In this document: in pieces, positions 39,431-50,257 of the stretch | How the letters are laid out: every line of letters begins with the position of its first letter | Numbering within the stretch: position 1 is the stretch's first letter | NCBI GenBank assembly: GCA_043821285.1 | Contig: JBDRCZ010000073.1 | Coordinates: forward strand, 3,564 to 67,563 | Direction: 5' to 3' | From: Candidatus Omnitrophota bacterium | GTDB lineage: Bacteria; Omnitrophota; Gorgyraeia; B26-G9; JBDRCZ01 | DNA length: 64,000 nt | Notes under the pieces: model-generated | What the model saw: the letters and a program-made list of their open reading frames with translations, nothing else | Told to the model about the DNA's origin: nothing | Databases searched by the model: none | Position numbers and translations under genes: made by a program

Positions 39431-40603
39431 ATGAGCGTGCGCAATAAAAATATTTACTATAAAACCATTCGACCAGCAGCAAAAAATATTTATTATTCTT
39501 TTTGTGCGGGTTTATTAAGGATTGTTGCTTTTTTGTTATTTTGGATACGGCCTAAGGCAATAACTGCGGAGCAGATAGATAAAATTTTATTAATTAAATT
39601 GGAGCGTATCGGGGATTTGGTGCTTTCAACCCCCGCCATCCGTGCGATAAAAGAAAAATTTCCGCATGCCGATATTGCATTGATTGTTAATTCATATACT
39701 CAGGCAGTAATAGAAAACAATCCTTATGTTGATGAAATTATCGTATATGGCCGTGCAGAGGGACATAAAAGTTTAATTAAAAGAATAGATTTTATTAAGC
39801 AGCTGCGGAGTAAAAAATTTGATCTGGGGATTGATTTGACAACCAGAGATTTTTTCTTTTTGCCGGCCTGGCTGCTGTGTTTTAGCCGGGCAAAGATTAC
39901 GTTAGGCCTGGATAATTTTGGCCGGGGTTTTTTGTTTAATCTCAAAGTAAGGCCGGATAAGCGGCCTAAGCCGTTAACAAAAGAAGTATTGCATATTTTA
40001 GACCCTTTGGAGATAAGTGGTTTGGATAATAAACCCCGTGTTTTTCTCTCGGAAAATAATAAAAATTATATTAATGAACTCTTAGATGAACAGGGTATAG
40101 GAGAAAATGATATATTAGTATGTATCCATCCCGGGGGGGTGTTTGAGACAAAATATTGGACAAAAGATGGTTATGCGAAAGTAGCGGAGTATTTATTCAA
40201 ACAGTATCAGGCAAAAGTATTTTTTATCGGCAGTAAACAGGAAGCAGTACGGGCGGATGAGATCATCGCTCGGATAGAAAAAAAACCGGTTAATTTGACT
40301 GGGAAGATTTCTTTGGGGCAGGTGAGCGCGTTAATTGCCAAATGCCGGCTTTTTATTGGGAATAATTCCGGACCTCTACACATTGCCGCAGCGCTTGGTA
40401 TCCCCACGATTTCTTTTTTAGGACCTTCGGTCCCGGAGAGATGGTCGCCAAATGAGGAAAAAGATATTGTGTTTAAAATAGATCTGGACTGCCGGCCTTG
40501 TGAATTAGGATATTGCTATCGAAAAGATTTGGCATGTATGAACAGTATTTTACCGGAGGAGGTTATTGCTGCTGTTGACAGGCAATTACGTTTGTTACAG
40601 TAG
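39431..40603 (+). CDS. Glycosyltransferase family 9 (heptosyltransferase-like)
   Basis: RIGDLVLSTP and GNNSGPLHIAAALG. The upstream 72 nt of the ORF are repeat-derived. Confidence 0.9.
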   Translation: MSVRNKNIYYKTIRPAAKNIYYSFCAGLLRIVAFLLFWIRPKAITAEQIDKILLIKLERIGDLVLSTPAIRAIKEKFPHADIALIVNSYTQAVIENNPYVDEIIVYGRAEGHKSLIKRIDFIKQLRSKKFDLGIDLTTRDFFFLPAWLLCFSRAKITLGLDNFGRGFLFNLKVRPDKRPKPLTKEVLHILDPLEISGLDNKPRVFLSENNKNYINELLDEQGIGENDILVCIHPGGVFETKYWTKDGYAKVAEYLFKQYQAKVFFIGSKQEAVRADEIIARIEKKPVNLTGKISLGQVSALIAKCRLFIGNNSGPLHIAAALGIPTISFLGPSVPERWSPNEEKDIVFKIDLDCRPCELGYCYRKDLACMNSILPEEVIAAVDRQLRLLQ

Positions 40604-40745
40604 GACGCGGAGTGAATCACTGGGTAGTAAAATACTGAATGACAAATTCCAAATGATAAATGAATCATTTAACAGAAAAATAAAAGAAAGTTCAATGAGA
40701 GTAATAAAAAGTTTAAAAACATAACCAGAACCATGTGAGGTTAAT

Positions 40746-41264
40746 ATGGAGAAAAGTTTAAAATTAAACTTGGGCTCAGGAGATAGGGCTTTGGCAGGGT
40801 ATGTTAATGTTGATATTAATCCTTCTGCCCCGGGGGTGAATAGGCTCTATGATTTGAATAATTATCCATGGCCGTTTGAAGATAATAGTGTAGATGAAGT
40901 GTTTATGGACCAGTGCCTGGAGCATCTCATCGACCATAACCGCGCAATGAAAGAAATTTACCGCATTTTAAAAAAAGGAGGTATAGCAACAATACTTGTG
41001 CCGCACTTTACCTGGCAGTTTGCATATACTGACCCGACACATAAACATTTTTTTGCCTATAATACGTTCTTTTATTATGCTGGCCGCGGCGGAGGTTTTG
41101 GGTTTGAATTTTCATCATGTAAGGTGCGCCTGATCTTTGGCAAACGTCTGTCCGTCTGGAACTACATTCTTGAACCAATATTTAATTTATTTCCTAATGT
41201 GTATGAACAAAGTCCATTAAGAATATTTCCCGCGTTGAAAATAGAGACAGTGCTAAGAAAGTGA
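40746..41264 (+). CDS. Methyltransferase type 11 domain protein
   Basis: LNLGSG, CLEHL and DPTH. Confidence 0.85.
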   Translation: MEKSLKLNLGSGDRALAGYVNVDINPSAPGVNRLYDLNNYPWPFEDNSVDEVFMDQCLEHLIDHNRAMKEIYRILKKGGIATILVPHFTWQFAYTDPTHKHFFAYNTFFYYAGRGGGFGFEFSSCKVRLIFGKRLSVWNYILEPIFNLFPNVYEQSPLRIFPALKIETVLRK

Positions 41265-41273
41265 TTATACGAT

Positions 41274-42344
41274 ATGGACAATAGTAACGTTAAAAAAATT
41301 TTAGTAGTAGAACTAGCAGGAATCGGGGATTTGGTTATGGCAACCCCGGCGCTTAAGGCGTTAAGGGAAAAATTCCCGGATGCCTATGTCGGAATCTTAG
41401 TTATTGGCCGCGCCGTAGAACTTGCTGAAGGTTTGCCTTATGTAAATGAGGTGTTTGTGTTTGATATTGAATATACCGGGATAGATAATTTGTTTCGTAA
41501 TAAAGCGGTTTTTAAAACATATAAGACGATCCGAGAATTGCATTGTAAAAGATTTGATCTGCTGATTAATTTAGAACATATAAGTACCTGGCCGGGGGCT
41601 TTGAAAATGGCGGCGCTTTTTTCAATGATTGGGGCAAGATATAAACTTGGCCGGGATACCGACGGCCGCGGGTTCTTTTTTAATTTAAAAGTACCAGAAA
41701 GTGTCAGAGACCACAAACATGAAGTTGAAGCAAATCTTGAGGTTGTGCGGTTACTGGGAGCAGATGTCAGTGAGGTAAAACTTGAGGCTCCGGTTTTTGA
41801 TGAAGATAGAAAATATGTGGATGATTTTTTCAGCGCGTATGATTTGGGCAAAAAATATTTGCTTATTGGTTTAAATCCCGGCTCTTTTCGTTTTTATGAC
41901 CGCTGGCCTTGTGATCGATGGGTCAGGTTGTGTGAGTGCTTGATTGAAAAATATAAGTGTATAATAGTTGTTACTGGTGGAGAGAGTGAGAAGGGGCTGG
42001 TAGGGGACATAACAACACGACTTAAAGATAAACCAGTAGTACCAGCAATAAATTTTACCCTGAAACAGTTAGCCGCACTAATAGAACGATTGGATTTGTT
42101 TATTACCGGTGATAGCGGTCCAATGCATATTGCCGCCGCCGCCGGGACCCGGTTAATTGCCCTTTTTGGCCCGGGGGATGTGCATAAATTTTCTCCTTAT
42201 ACTAGCCGGGATAAATATATAATTATTAGAAAAGAAATAAATTGCCCGCGTCCCTGTTATAAATTTAAATGTCAGAATAATCAGTGTATGGGGCTAATTA
42301 CGGTTCAAGACGTTTCGCAGGCAGCAGAGGAGTTGTTAAAATAA
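41274..42344 (+). CDS. Glycosyltransferase family 9
   Basis: GIGDLVMATP and GDSGPMHIAAA. Confidence 0.9.
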   Translation: MDNSNVKKILVVELAGIGDLVMATPALKALREKFPDAYVGILVIGRAVELAEGLPYVNEVFVFDIEYTGIDNLFRNKAVFKTYKTIRELHCKRFDLLINLEHISTWPGALKMAALFSMIGARYKLGRDTDGRGFFFNLKVPESVRDHKHEVEANLEVVRLLGADVSEVKLEAPVFDEDRKYVDDFFSAYDLGKKYLLIGLNPGSFRFYDRWPCDRWVRLCECLIEKYKCIIVVTGGESEKGLVGDITTRLKDKPVVPAINFTLKQLAALIERLDLFITGDSGPMHIAAAAGTRLIALFGPGDVHKFSPYTSRDKYIIIRKEINCPRPCYKFKCQNNQCMGLITVQDVSQAAEELLK

Positions 42345-43288
42345 TGCCGAAGTATGTAAATTGTAATCTTTGCCAGAGCAAGGAGACTAAAGTTTTAATT
42401 AAAGAAGATTTGTTTGATATTGTAGAGTGTAGAATCTGCGGACTAATTTATCAAAACCCCAGGTCAACTCAAGATGAAATACTGGACCAGTTTGTTTCGG
42501 ATCGTGTTGTTGCGGAACATAAAAAACAAGTCTGGTATGATGCCAAAATTAATTTATTTAGAAAAAATCTTAAAAAGATTGAAAGCTATGTACAAAAAGG
42601 CAGACTCTTAGATGTTGGCTGCGGCTATGGCACGTTTTTAACCGAGGCAAAAAATCATGGCTGGCAGGTACAGGGGGTTGAGATTGCTAAAGCGGCACAT
42701 GACTATTGCAAAGAAAAACTGGGACTGGAGGTATTTAGCGGGACGTTAAAAGAGGCGCATTTCTCTGATCAGTACTTTGATGTGGTTACCTTGTGGGAAG
42801 TGCTTGATCTTGTGCCGGATCCCCTGAGGGAATTCAAAGAAGTAAAAAGAATATTAAAGCCGGACGGCATAATTGCCTTAAGATTATATAATGCTGCATT
42901 TCATGTTTTTGTTCAGCGTTTATTGAAACGTGTGCCATATATTGTGAGAAGCTTAAAAATCAGCCCAACAATTTTTCACCGGTATAGTTTTTCCGCAAAA
43001 ACTATAACAAAATTTCTGGAAGAGGCTGGGTTTGGGAATATACGGATAATGCCCTCTGAACTTACCAGTGCAGACCCTTATGCTACTGGCGGGGTGTTCG
43101 GTGTGTTTGGGGTGAGGATAATAAAAATGTTAACTTATGGTTTATCTAAACTCGTTTTTTACTTAAGTGTCGGGAGAGTGGTTGTGGGTCCGTCGTTTTT
43201 GGTTTTTGCCAAAATACAAAAGACACAAAAACAAATTTTACCACAGAGGACACAGAGCTCACAGAGAAAAAAAGGATATGGGAAGTAA
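42344..43288 (+). CDS. Class I SAM methyltransferase with N-terminal Zn finger
   Basis: CNLC...CRIC and LLDVGCGYG. The C-terminus runs into a CACAGAG repeat. Confidence 0.85.
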   Translation: MPKYVNCNLCQSKETKVLIKEDLFDIVECRICGLIYQNPRSTQDEILDQFVSDRVVAEHKKQVWYDAKINLFRKNLKKIESYVQKGRLLDVGCGYGTFLTEAKNHGWQVQGVEIAKAAHDYCKEKLGLEVFSGTLKEAHFSDQYFDVVTLWEVLDLVPDPLREFKEVKRILKPDGIIALRLYNAAFHVFVQRLLKRVPYIVRSLKISPTIFHRYSFSAKTITKFLEEAGFGNIRIMPSELTSADPYATGGVFGVFGVRIIKMLTYGLSKLVFYLSVGRVVVGPSFLVFAKIQKTQKQILPQRTQSSQRKKGYGK

Positions 43289-43504
43289 AATAGAAGTCGG
43301 GACAATTGGGGAAACATTATTCGATCGCTATCTACATCAATATGACTATGATAAGCATTATTGTATTTGGGCACGAAGCACTACGGATGGCACAGAATAA
43401 AAGAAAAAGGTGACGATCCTCTTCAATGCAGATGGTCGGAAAATGCAGCGCATTTTCCGGGTATGAAGATACCCCGCAACTTGCTGCGGGGGAGATTCAT
43501 TAAT

Positions 43505-44674
43505 ATGCCAAAAATTAAAGTACTCCATATTATTACCAGACTTGATAAAGGCGGTTCCGCAGAGAATACCTTGTTTACCGTGGCTAAATTGGATAAGGAG
43601 CGGTTTGATACAGTGTTAGTCAGCGGCATAACCCACGACCCGGATAATCAGGTTACGGATTTTATTAGAAAAGAAAATATAAATTACGTGTTAATCCCGG
43701 AATTGGTTAGGGAAATAGCTCTGCTTAAAGATATAAAGGCGTTTTTTAAAATATTAAATTTTATCCGCAAAGAAAGATTTGATATTGTTCATACCCATAG
43801 TTCTAAGGCTGGTATGCTCGGCCGCTGGGCGGCAAAATTAGCTGGGGTTAAAATAATTATTCATACCCCGCACGGGCATATATTTTATGGTTATTTTAAT
43901 TACTTTTTAACACAGGTGTTTATTTTTTTAGAAAAAATAACTGCTAAAATTACCGATAGAATTATTACCTTGACCAAAAGAGGAAAAGAAGAGCATATCA
44001 AATATGGCATTGCTTGTGCGGATAAGCTCGTACCAGTGTATAGTGGTATTGAAATTGAAAAGTTCCGCAATTATCAGATAGATAAAATAAAACAAAAAAA
44101 GATATTGAAAGCGGATAAAAAGACCGCGATTATTGGTACGGTCAGCCGGCTGGAATCAGTTAAAGGCGGTGTGTATTTTATCAGTGCCCTGCCAGAAATT
44201 ATAAAAACCTTCCCAAAGTTAAAGGTATTTATTATTGGCGGCGGGACAGAAAAGGAAAATCTTGAAAGATTGACACGGAAATTAGGTGTCGCAAAAAATG
44301 TGGTTTTTATGGGGGAGTGCCAGGATATAAGCTGGTCGGTTTCTACCTTTGATGTGTTTGTCCTCTCATCCTTGAACGAAGGCATGGGCAGATGCCTGCT
44401 CGAGGCCCAGGCCTTAGGCGTGCCTGTGGTTGCCACCAGGGTTGGCGGCATTCCCGAGGTAGTTAAAGACGGGGTAACCGGATTTTTGGTCCCCCCGCAG
44501 AATTCAGAGGCAATTGCTGAGGCAGTGATAAAATTGCTTAAAGATGATTTTCTAAGAGAACAAATGTCAAGACAGGCCAGAGAAAATATTGATTATAGAT
44601 TTAGCGTCGAGGCAATGGTTGCGCGTATTGCCGGGGTTTATGAGGAAATGATCAGACGCAACATATTAGGGTAA
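43505..44674 (+). CDS. Glycosyltransferase family 4
   Basis: MPKIKVLHIITRLDKGGSAEN, HTHSSKAG and EGMGRCLLEA. Confidence 0.92.
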   Translation: MPKIKVLHIITRLDKGGSAENTLFTVAKLDKERFDTVLVSGITHDPDNQVTDFIRKENINYVLIPELVREIALLKDIKAFFKILNFIRKERFDIVHTHSSKAGMLGRWAAKLAGVKIIIHTPHGHIFYGYFNYFLTQVFIFLEKITAKITDRIITLTKRGKEEHIKYGIACADKLVPVYSGIEIEKFRNYQIDKIKQKKILKADKKTAIIGTVSRLESVKGGVYFISALPEIIKTFPKLKVFIIGGGTEKENLERLTRKLGVAKNVVFMGECQDISWSVSTFDVFVLSSLNEGMGRCLLEAQALGVPVVATRVGGIPEVVKDGVTGFLVPPQNSEAIAEAVIKLLKDDFLREQMSRQARENIDYRFSVEAMVARIAGVYEEMIRRNILG

Positions 44675-44680
44675 ATCTGT

Positions 44681-44850
44681 AATGACAAAATCCAAAATCC
44701 AAATTTCAAATGAATCATTTAACAAAAAAATGATAAATGAAAAGAATATTTTGCAAAAGAATCGGTTTTTTAAGATTAAAATATTTGGAGATTCATTTGG
44801 ATTTTGCCTGCCCGCCGATGCTTTGTGGAGGGTCATTTGAGATTTGTCAT
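44681..44850. repeat. Heptamer-armed inverted-repeat element (other copies 47026-47194, 40637-40690 partial, 48058-48319)
   Basis: Left arm AATGACAAA...CAAATGAATC and right arm GATTCATTTGGATTTTG; the central spacer is also conserved between 44681 and 47026. Confidence 0.8.
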
Positions 44851-46309
44851 GTATATAATTGCTATATTGTGCTGCATTTGCCAGATATCTGCTGCTGAAG
44901 AGCTGCAGCAGGTGTCGGCAATACTTCATGTCAGCTCTACAGTTAGTGATGGGAAATTGTCCATAGCGGAAATTGTTCAGCTTGCTAAGCAGAATAATGT
45001 GAAAGTGGTTGTTTTAAACGACCATGACTTTATACGCTGGGAGTACGGGCTCTGGCCTTTACGTAATGTCATAAAAAGAACTATTGCCAGAAACGACGTA
45101 TTTAGCTACGGGATAAACAAATACCTTAAAGAAATAGCAGATGTGCAGAAGAAAAATCCGGATATGGTCATAATCCCCGGGATTGAATCCGCACCCTTCT
45201 ATTACTGGACCGGAACACCCTTTAAAAATAACCTGACATTAAATGACTGGCATAGGCATATGTTAGTTGTTGGATTAGATAACGTGCAGGATTATAAATA
45301 TTTGCCTTTGGTTTCAAATAAAAATAGTATTAACCGCCAATTTTGTGTTCTTTTGCTCTGGCCGATGCTGGGGTTACTTTTGGGAATTTTATGTTTGCGT
45401 AAAAAAGAGTTTGTGTATAAAGATGTTCAGGGGAGAACTTTTGCCCCGTGTTTAGGCAAGTGGCGGGTTCCTGGAATAGTTATCATAGGTTTTAGTGTGT
45501 TGGGGTTGATTAATAATTTCCCTTTTGTAAAATTTCAATACGACCAGTATCATGGAAAACAAGGCACTGGTCCTTATCAGGTGCTGATTGATCATGTGAA
45601 TGATAAAGGCGGGCTTTGCTTTTGGGCGCACCCGGAAGCCGGTTATGCAAAAAAGATCGATAATATTGAAGTACAAACTAACCCTTATCCGGAATGTTTA
45701 CTGGAAACAGAAAATTATTCAGGGGTGGCCTTGTTTTGTGAAGGATATAAAAAGATCGGTCCTCCGGGGGGGATATGGGATAAAGTACTCTTAGAGTATT
45801 GCCAGGGTAAAAGAAATTCACCGATCTGGGCTATTAGTGAGCTGGATTTTGACACGCATGGCGAGTTTTCTGATTATATCGAAGATTTGCGCACTATTCT
45901 TCTAATTCAGGCATTAAATAAATTAGCAGTACTTAAGGCAATGAAAAATGGTAAAATGTATGCACTGCGGGGTAGAGGAGAGTTTGAGCTCACTCTGGAT
46001 GCATTTGTTGTAGGCGATAGTCTTTCAAATGCTCAAGGCATATCAGGAGATGAGATATGTATTAAAGGCAGACCGATAATAAAAATAAGCGGCGGGTTTG
46101 ACCATGCTCCTGCCACGGAGGTGCCAATTAAAATCGCATTAATCCGCGGTGGAACAGTTTTGCAGGAATTTAACGCGAACAGTCCGTTTAGCATAGATTA
46201 TATGGACGATTATTATAAAAGAGGCGAGAAAAATTATTACCGCTTAGTCATTAATTATCAAAACCGGAGGATTGTCACAAATCCGGTGTTTGTGAAGTTT
46301 GAGTTTTGA
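44804..46309 (+). CDS. PHP-like metal-dependent hydrolase, membrane-associated
   Basis: ILHVSS, NDHD, HRHML, AHPE and ELDFD, with two TM helices. The real start may be ATG 44849. Confidence 0.6.
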   Translation: MPARRCFVEGHLRFVMYIIAILCCICQISAAEELQQVSAILHVSSTVSDGKLSIAEIVQLAKQNNVKVVVLNDHDFIRWEYGLWPLRNVIKRTIARNDVFSYGINKYLKEIADVQKKNPDMVIIPGIESAPFYYWTGTPFKNNLTLNDWHRHMLVVGLDNVQDYKYLPLVSNKNSINRQFCVLLLWPMLGLLLGILCLRKKEFVYKDVQGRTFAPCLGKWRVPGIVIIGFSVLGLINNFPFVKFQYDQYHGKQGTGPYQVLIDHVNDKGGLCFWAHPEAGYAKKIDNIEVQTNPYPECLLETENYSGVALFCEGYKKIGPPGGIWDKVLLEYCQGKRNSPIWAISELDFDTHGEFSDYIEDLRTILLIQALNKLAVLKAMKNGKMYALRGRGEFELTLDAFVVGDSLSNAQGISGDEICIKGRPIIKISGGFDHAPATEVPIKIALIRGGTVLQEFNANSPFSIDYMDDYYKRGEKNYYRLVINYQNRRIVTNPVFVKFEF

Positions 46310-46337
46310 GATTAGTGTTTTTATGATATAATAAAAA

Positions 46338-47030
46338 ATGATATTATCCGTACATCAACCACAATATTTGCCTTGGCTGGGTTATTTTGATAAAATATTA
46401 AACAGTGACGGTTTTGTGTTTTTGGATACGGTCCAGTATAAACACCGGGAATATCAAAACCGAAATAAGATCCGTACAAAAGACGGGTGGATATGGCTAA
46501 CTGTGCCGGTGATCACAAAAGGCTGCGGCCGGCAGAAGATTTCCGAGGTTTGTATCGATAATTGTATTAACTGGCAGAAGAAACATTGGCAGAGTTTAAA
46601 GTCCTGCTATGGACATACCCCGTTTTTTAAACAGTATTGCGGGTTCTTTGAAAATATTTACTCTGTAAAATGGGAGAAACTTATTACGCTAAATGTTCAT
46701 ATTACTAAATTCATCATCCAAGAGTTTGGGATTAAAACCCAGGTACACTTTGAATCAGAACTAGGCATCGCGGCTGCAAAGACTGAGCGAATTATTGAAA
46801 TATGCCGAAAGTTAAAAGCAGATACTTATCTCTCCGGAATTGGCGGTAAAGATTATCTGGAGGAGGAAAAATTAGAACAAGCCGGGATTGAACTTAGATA
46901 CCAGGATTTTGTCCACCCGGTATATCCGCAGCAGCACATGAAAGACCCTGGTGATTTTTTGCCGTATATGTCTGTGGTGGATTTGTTGTTTAATGAAGGG
47001 AATGGCAGCATTTTGAAAAATGCTGAATGA
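46338..47030 (+). CDS. WbqC-family protein
   Basis: HQPQYLPWLGYFDKI, QNRNKI and SVVDLLFNEG. Confidence 0.92.
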   Translation: MILSVHQPQYLPWLGYFDKILNSDGFVFLDTVQYKHREYQNRNKIRTKDGWIWLTVPVITKGCGRQKISEVCIDNCINWQKKHWQSLKSCYGHTPFFKQYCGFFENIYSVKWEKLITLNVHITKFIIQEFGIKTQVHFESELGIAAAKTERIIEICRKLKADTYLSGIGGKDYLEEEKLEQAGIELRYQDFVHPVYPQQHMKDPGDFLPYMSVVDLLFNEGNGSILKNAE

Positions 47031-47236
47031 CAAATTCCAAATGTCAAATATCAAATGAATCTCTTAACAAAAAATGCCCCGCCAAAAAACACGGCGAGCA
47101 GGCAAATGTAAAAGTTTTCCAAAAAGCTGATTGTTTTTAGAAGATTAAAATATTTAAAGATTCATTTGGATTTTGGAATTTAACATTTGGAATTCTTTTC
47201 CGATTCTAGCCCCGAGCTTTATCGCGGAGGAAAAGT

Positions 47237-48052
47237 ATGTACGAAGAATATTGGCAGTTGAAAGAGAAACCGTTTGAAAATACGCCGAACCCGCGCTTTC
47301 TCTATAATTCTAAAGAGCATGAGGAAGGGCTCTCCCGGTTGATTTATGCGGTTAGCGAGGGAAAAGGCGCGGCAATGTTAACCGGGTTATTTGGCTGCGG
47401 AAAAACTCTTTTGGGACGCACGTTGCTTAGCGAGTTAGATAAAGATATATATAAAACGGCATTTATTGCTAACCCCTATTTAAGTTATGAAGAGATGCTG
47501 CTGCATATCGTTTATAAATTAGGCGGGAAAGACCTGCCGGTTAAAAAATCTGACATCATGGTCAATACAATTATTGAAAGATTGGAGGAAATTCTGGAAA
47601 ATAATATGCGTGACGGTAAAAAAACAGTAGTGATTATAGATGAAGCGCATGTAATCCGTGACCGGCAGGTATGGGAAGAATTAAGACTTATTCTTAATTT
47701 TCAATTGGAAGATCGATATCTGCTGACGCTTTTGCTGTTGGGCCAGCCGGAGTTAAAAGAAATTATTGATGCAAACAAACAGTTTGTACAGAGGATTGCG
47801 GTTAAATGCCATCTGCAAAGCTTAAATGAGCAAGAAACTAAAGAGTATATCCTGCACCGCCTGAATGTTGCCGGCAGAAGCCATCCTTTGTTTACTGACG
47901 CCGCGCATAGAATGATATATAAAAGGTCAGGAGGGATTCCGCGGAGAATAAATCATATCTGTGATTTAGCCCTGTTTTCCGGGTTTGGTAAGGAGTTTTC
48001 TCTGATTAATGAAGAAGTTATAAATGATGTTTCTGCGGATCTTGAAGGATGA
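47237..48052 (+). CDS. ExeA/GspA-family AAA ATPase
   Basis: MYEEYWQLKEKPF, GLFGCGKT, IDEAH, GQPEL and SGGIPRRIN. Confidence 0.9.
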   Translation: MYEEYWQLKEKPFENTPNPRFLYNSKEHEEGLSRLIYAVSEGKGAAMLTGLFGCGKTLLGRTLLSELDKDIYKTAFIANPYLSYEEMLLHIVYKLGGKDLPVKKSDIMVNTIIERLEEILENNMRDGKKTVVIIDEAHVIRDRQVWEELRLILNFQLEDRYLLTLLLLGQPELKEIIDANKQFVQRIAVKCHLQSLNEQETKEYILHRLNVAGRSHPLFTDAAHRMIYKRSGGIPRRINHICDLALFSGFGKEFSLINEEVINDVSADLEG

Positions 48053-48392
48053 CTAAAGAATGCCAAATGACAAATGTCAAAATCTAAAGGAATCAGCTAA
48101 TAATTAAACTTGATTATTCCCTATAGCTTGATAGAGGGTGATCTTTTGGAGGGAAAGTTTGAAAACCTACGGTTTTCAAATGGATAAAAAATTTCCGGTG
48201 CTGCATTGCCTCATCAGCTTGGCAAAATACCCGGTAGTCTTGCTACCGGGATAGTCAAGCTGAAGGAAATTTTTCATCCATTTATTTGTGATTTAAAGAT
48301 TTATTTGCAATTTGGGATTATATTAGGTTGTTTAGATTAGCGGTATATTGCAGAACCAGTAATACGATAAAGGAAAATAGAAAGGGCAAAAT

Positions 48393-49007
48393 ATGAATAT
48401 ATTGGCGATTGGGGCGCATCCGGATGATATTGAGTTTGGCTGCGGAGGGATGCTGCTTAAGTGTGCCGGGCGGAGGCATAATGTGCATCTGTTGATTTTG
48501 ACTGCCGGCGGAATGGGCGGAATTACCGATATTCGGAAAAAAGAACAGGAACAAGCGGCAAGATTTCTGCAGGCTAAACAGGTTATCTGGGGTGAGTTTA
48601 AGGATACAGAAGTGCCGCTTGATAAAACCTTAATCTCTGCCGTGGAAAATGCAATATCTGATGTCCTGCCGGATATTGTCTTGTTTAATTATATCGATGA
48701 TATCCATCAGGACCACCGGGTATTAGCTCAAGCCGCGACGTCGGCAACAAGATATATAAAGGAAGTGTTATACTATGAAGTGCCGACAACTCATAATTTC
48801 CACCCGGAAATTTTTGTCGATATCGGCGATGTGCTGGAAAAAAAGATTGAACTCTTAAAAATCCATGCCTCCCAGGTTGATAAAACCAGGGTGGAAAATC
48901 TGACAATTTTAGAAAGCGCGCGCTCTTGTGCCAATTTCCGCGGGTATCAGGGGAGAGTAAAGTATGCCGAAGGATTCAAAGCAATCCGGATAATGAAAGA
49001 AATATAG
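48393..49007 (+). CDS. PIG-L/LmbE-family deacetylase
   Basis: AHPDDIE, HQDH and HASQ. Confidence 0.92.
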   Translation: MNILAIGAHPDDIEFGCGGMLLKCAGRRHNVHLLILTAGGMGGITDIRKKEQEQAARFLQAKQVIWGEFKDTEVPLDKTLISAVENAISDVLPDIVLFNYIDDIHQDHRVLAQAATSATRYIKEVLYYEVPTTHNFHPEIFVDIGDVLEKKIELLKIHASQVDKTRVENLTILESARSCANFRGYQGRVKYAEGFKAIRIMKEI

Positions 49008-49009
49008 GA

Positions 49010-50035
49010 ATGCAAAAATTACTTATTTTTTTGACGGCATTTTTAATTGTATATTTTTCCACCCCATTATTTAAAAATCTTGCATTAAAATTTAATATTG
49101 TCGATAGACCGGGACGAAGAAAAATACACAAAAAGGTTACCGCGCTTTTGGGGGGTGGTGCGGTTTACTTTGGGGTAATAATTACGTTATTTGTTAATAT
49201 TGCTCAACTGCCGTTTTTGCCGGGGATAGTAATTGGGGCAACATTGATCTTTGTTGTCGGATTATTTGACGATATGAGAAATCTATCTGCCCAGTTGAGA
49301 CTTTTCGTACAGTTGGCGGCGGTGGTGATACTGATGTTGTTTGGGACACGGCTTAGTTTTTTGCCAAATAATGTATTGGGATATACGGGAGAAATTCTTT
49401 TGACGATAATTTGGATTATCGGGATTACGAATGCGGTGAATTACTTAGACGGGATAGACGGACTTGCCGCGGGCACGACCGCGGTAAGCGCGGCCTTTTT
49501 TGCGATTATCGCCTATCAAACTGGTCAGCCGGGTGTCTGCGGGATAAGCCTGGCACTCATGGCTGGTTGTTTGGCTTTTTTGCCGCATAATTTTAGTAAA
49601 GCAAAAATATTTTTAGGCGATGCAGGCAGTACCTTTATTGGGTTTATTCTCGCAAGTATTGCTGTAGTGGGGAACTGGGCGGAAGATAATGTGGTAAAAA
49701 TAACCGTGCCGATTTTGATTTTGGCCATCCCGATTTTTGATATGATTTTTACAACAATAATGCGGATTAAAGAAGAAAAAGTAAACACGATTGTTGAGTG
49801 GCTGAAATATGGGGGACGGGATCATTTTCATCACCGCTTGATTGACCTGGGATTGTCGCATGTGGAAACCGTAGGTTTTATTTGTTTTGTTGCGGGTTCA
49901 TTTGGCATAAATGCGATTATGGTGAGTAATGAAAAGGCAGTTGTTGGGCTGCTTTCGATTATCCAGGCGGGTATTATTTTTGCCGGAATTGGCGTGCTTA
50001 TGGTTATTGGCAAAAGAAGGAGCCACAAGGGATAA
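49010..50035 (+). CDS. WecA/MraY-family undecaprenyl-phosphate sugar-1-phosphate transferase
   Basis: RKIH, GLFDD, NAVNYLDGIDGLA, FLGDAGS and HFHHRL. Confidence 0.92.
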   Translation: MQKLLIFLTAFLIVYFSTPLFKNLALKFNIVDRPGRRKIHKKVTALLGGGAVYFGVIITLFVNIAQLPFLPGIVIGATLIFVVGLFDDMRNLSAQLRLFVQLAAVVILMLFGTRLSFLPNNVLGYTGEILLTIIWIIGITNAVNYLDGIDGLAAGTTAVSAAFFAIIAYQTGQPGVCGISLALMAGCLAFLPHNFSKAKIFLGDAGSTFIGFILASIAVVGNWAEDNVVKITVPILILAIPIFDMIFTTIMRIKEEKVNTIVEWLKYGGRDHFHHRLIDLGLSHVETVGFICFVAGSFGINAIMVSNEKAVVGLLSIIQAGIIFAGIGVLMVIGKRRSHKG

Positions 50036-50257
50036 TAAAAAAAATACGAATTGCTAATTGGGATTATAAATACGCATTGCGTATTGAGTATCGAGTATTG
50101 AGCATAAAAAATAAAAAGACGACAATAAAAAATGCAATACACAATACAAAAAATTATGTAACCATAAGTGAACAAAAGAATCGAATATCCGCATAGTATA
50201 CCGGCGGATTAAATTCCCCGCCATGTATTTTGGCGGGTTATTTAAGGAGGTGGAGAG

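Noticed and set aside
43361-43504. N-terminal extension of the GT4 gene
   Set aside because: The extension crosses the double-hairpin repeat; the family-typical start is MPKIKVLH at 43505.
47237-48052. ExeA ATPase as evidence of a type II secretion system or transposon
   Set aside because: There are no gsp or transposase neighbours; such ATPases commonly sit in polysaccharide loci.
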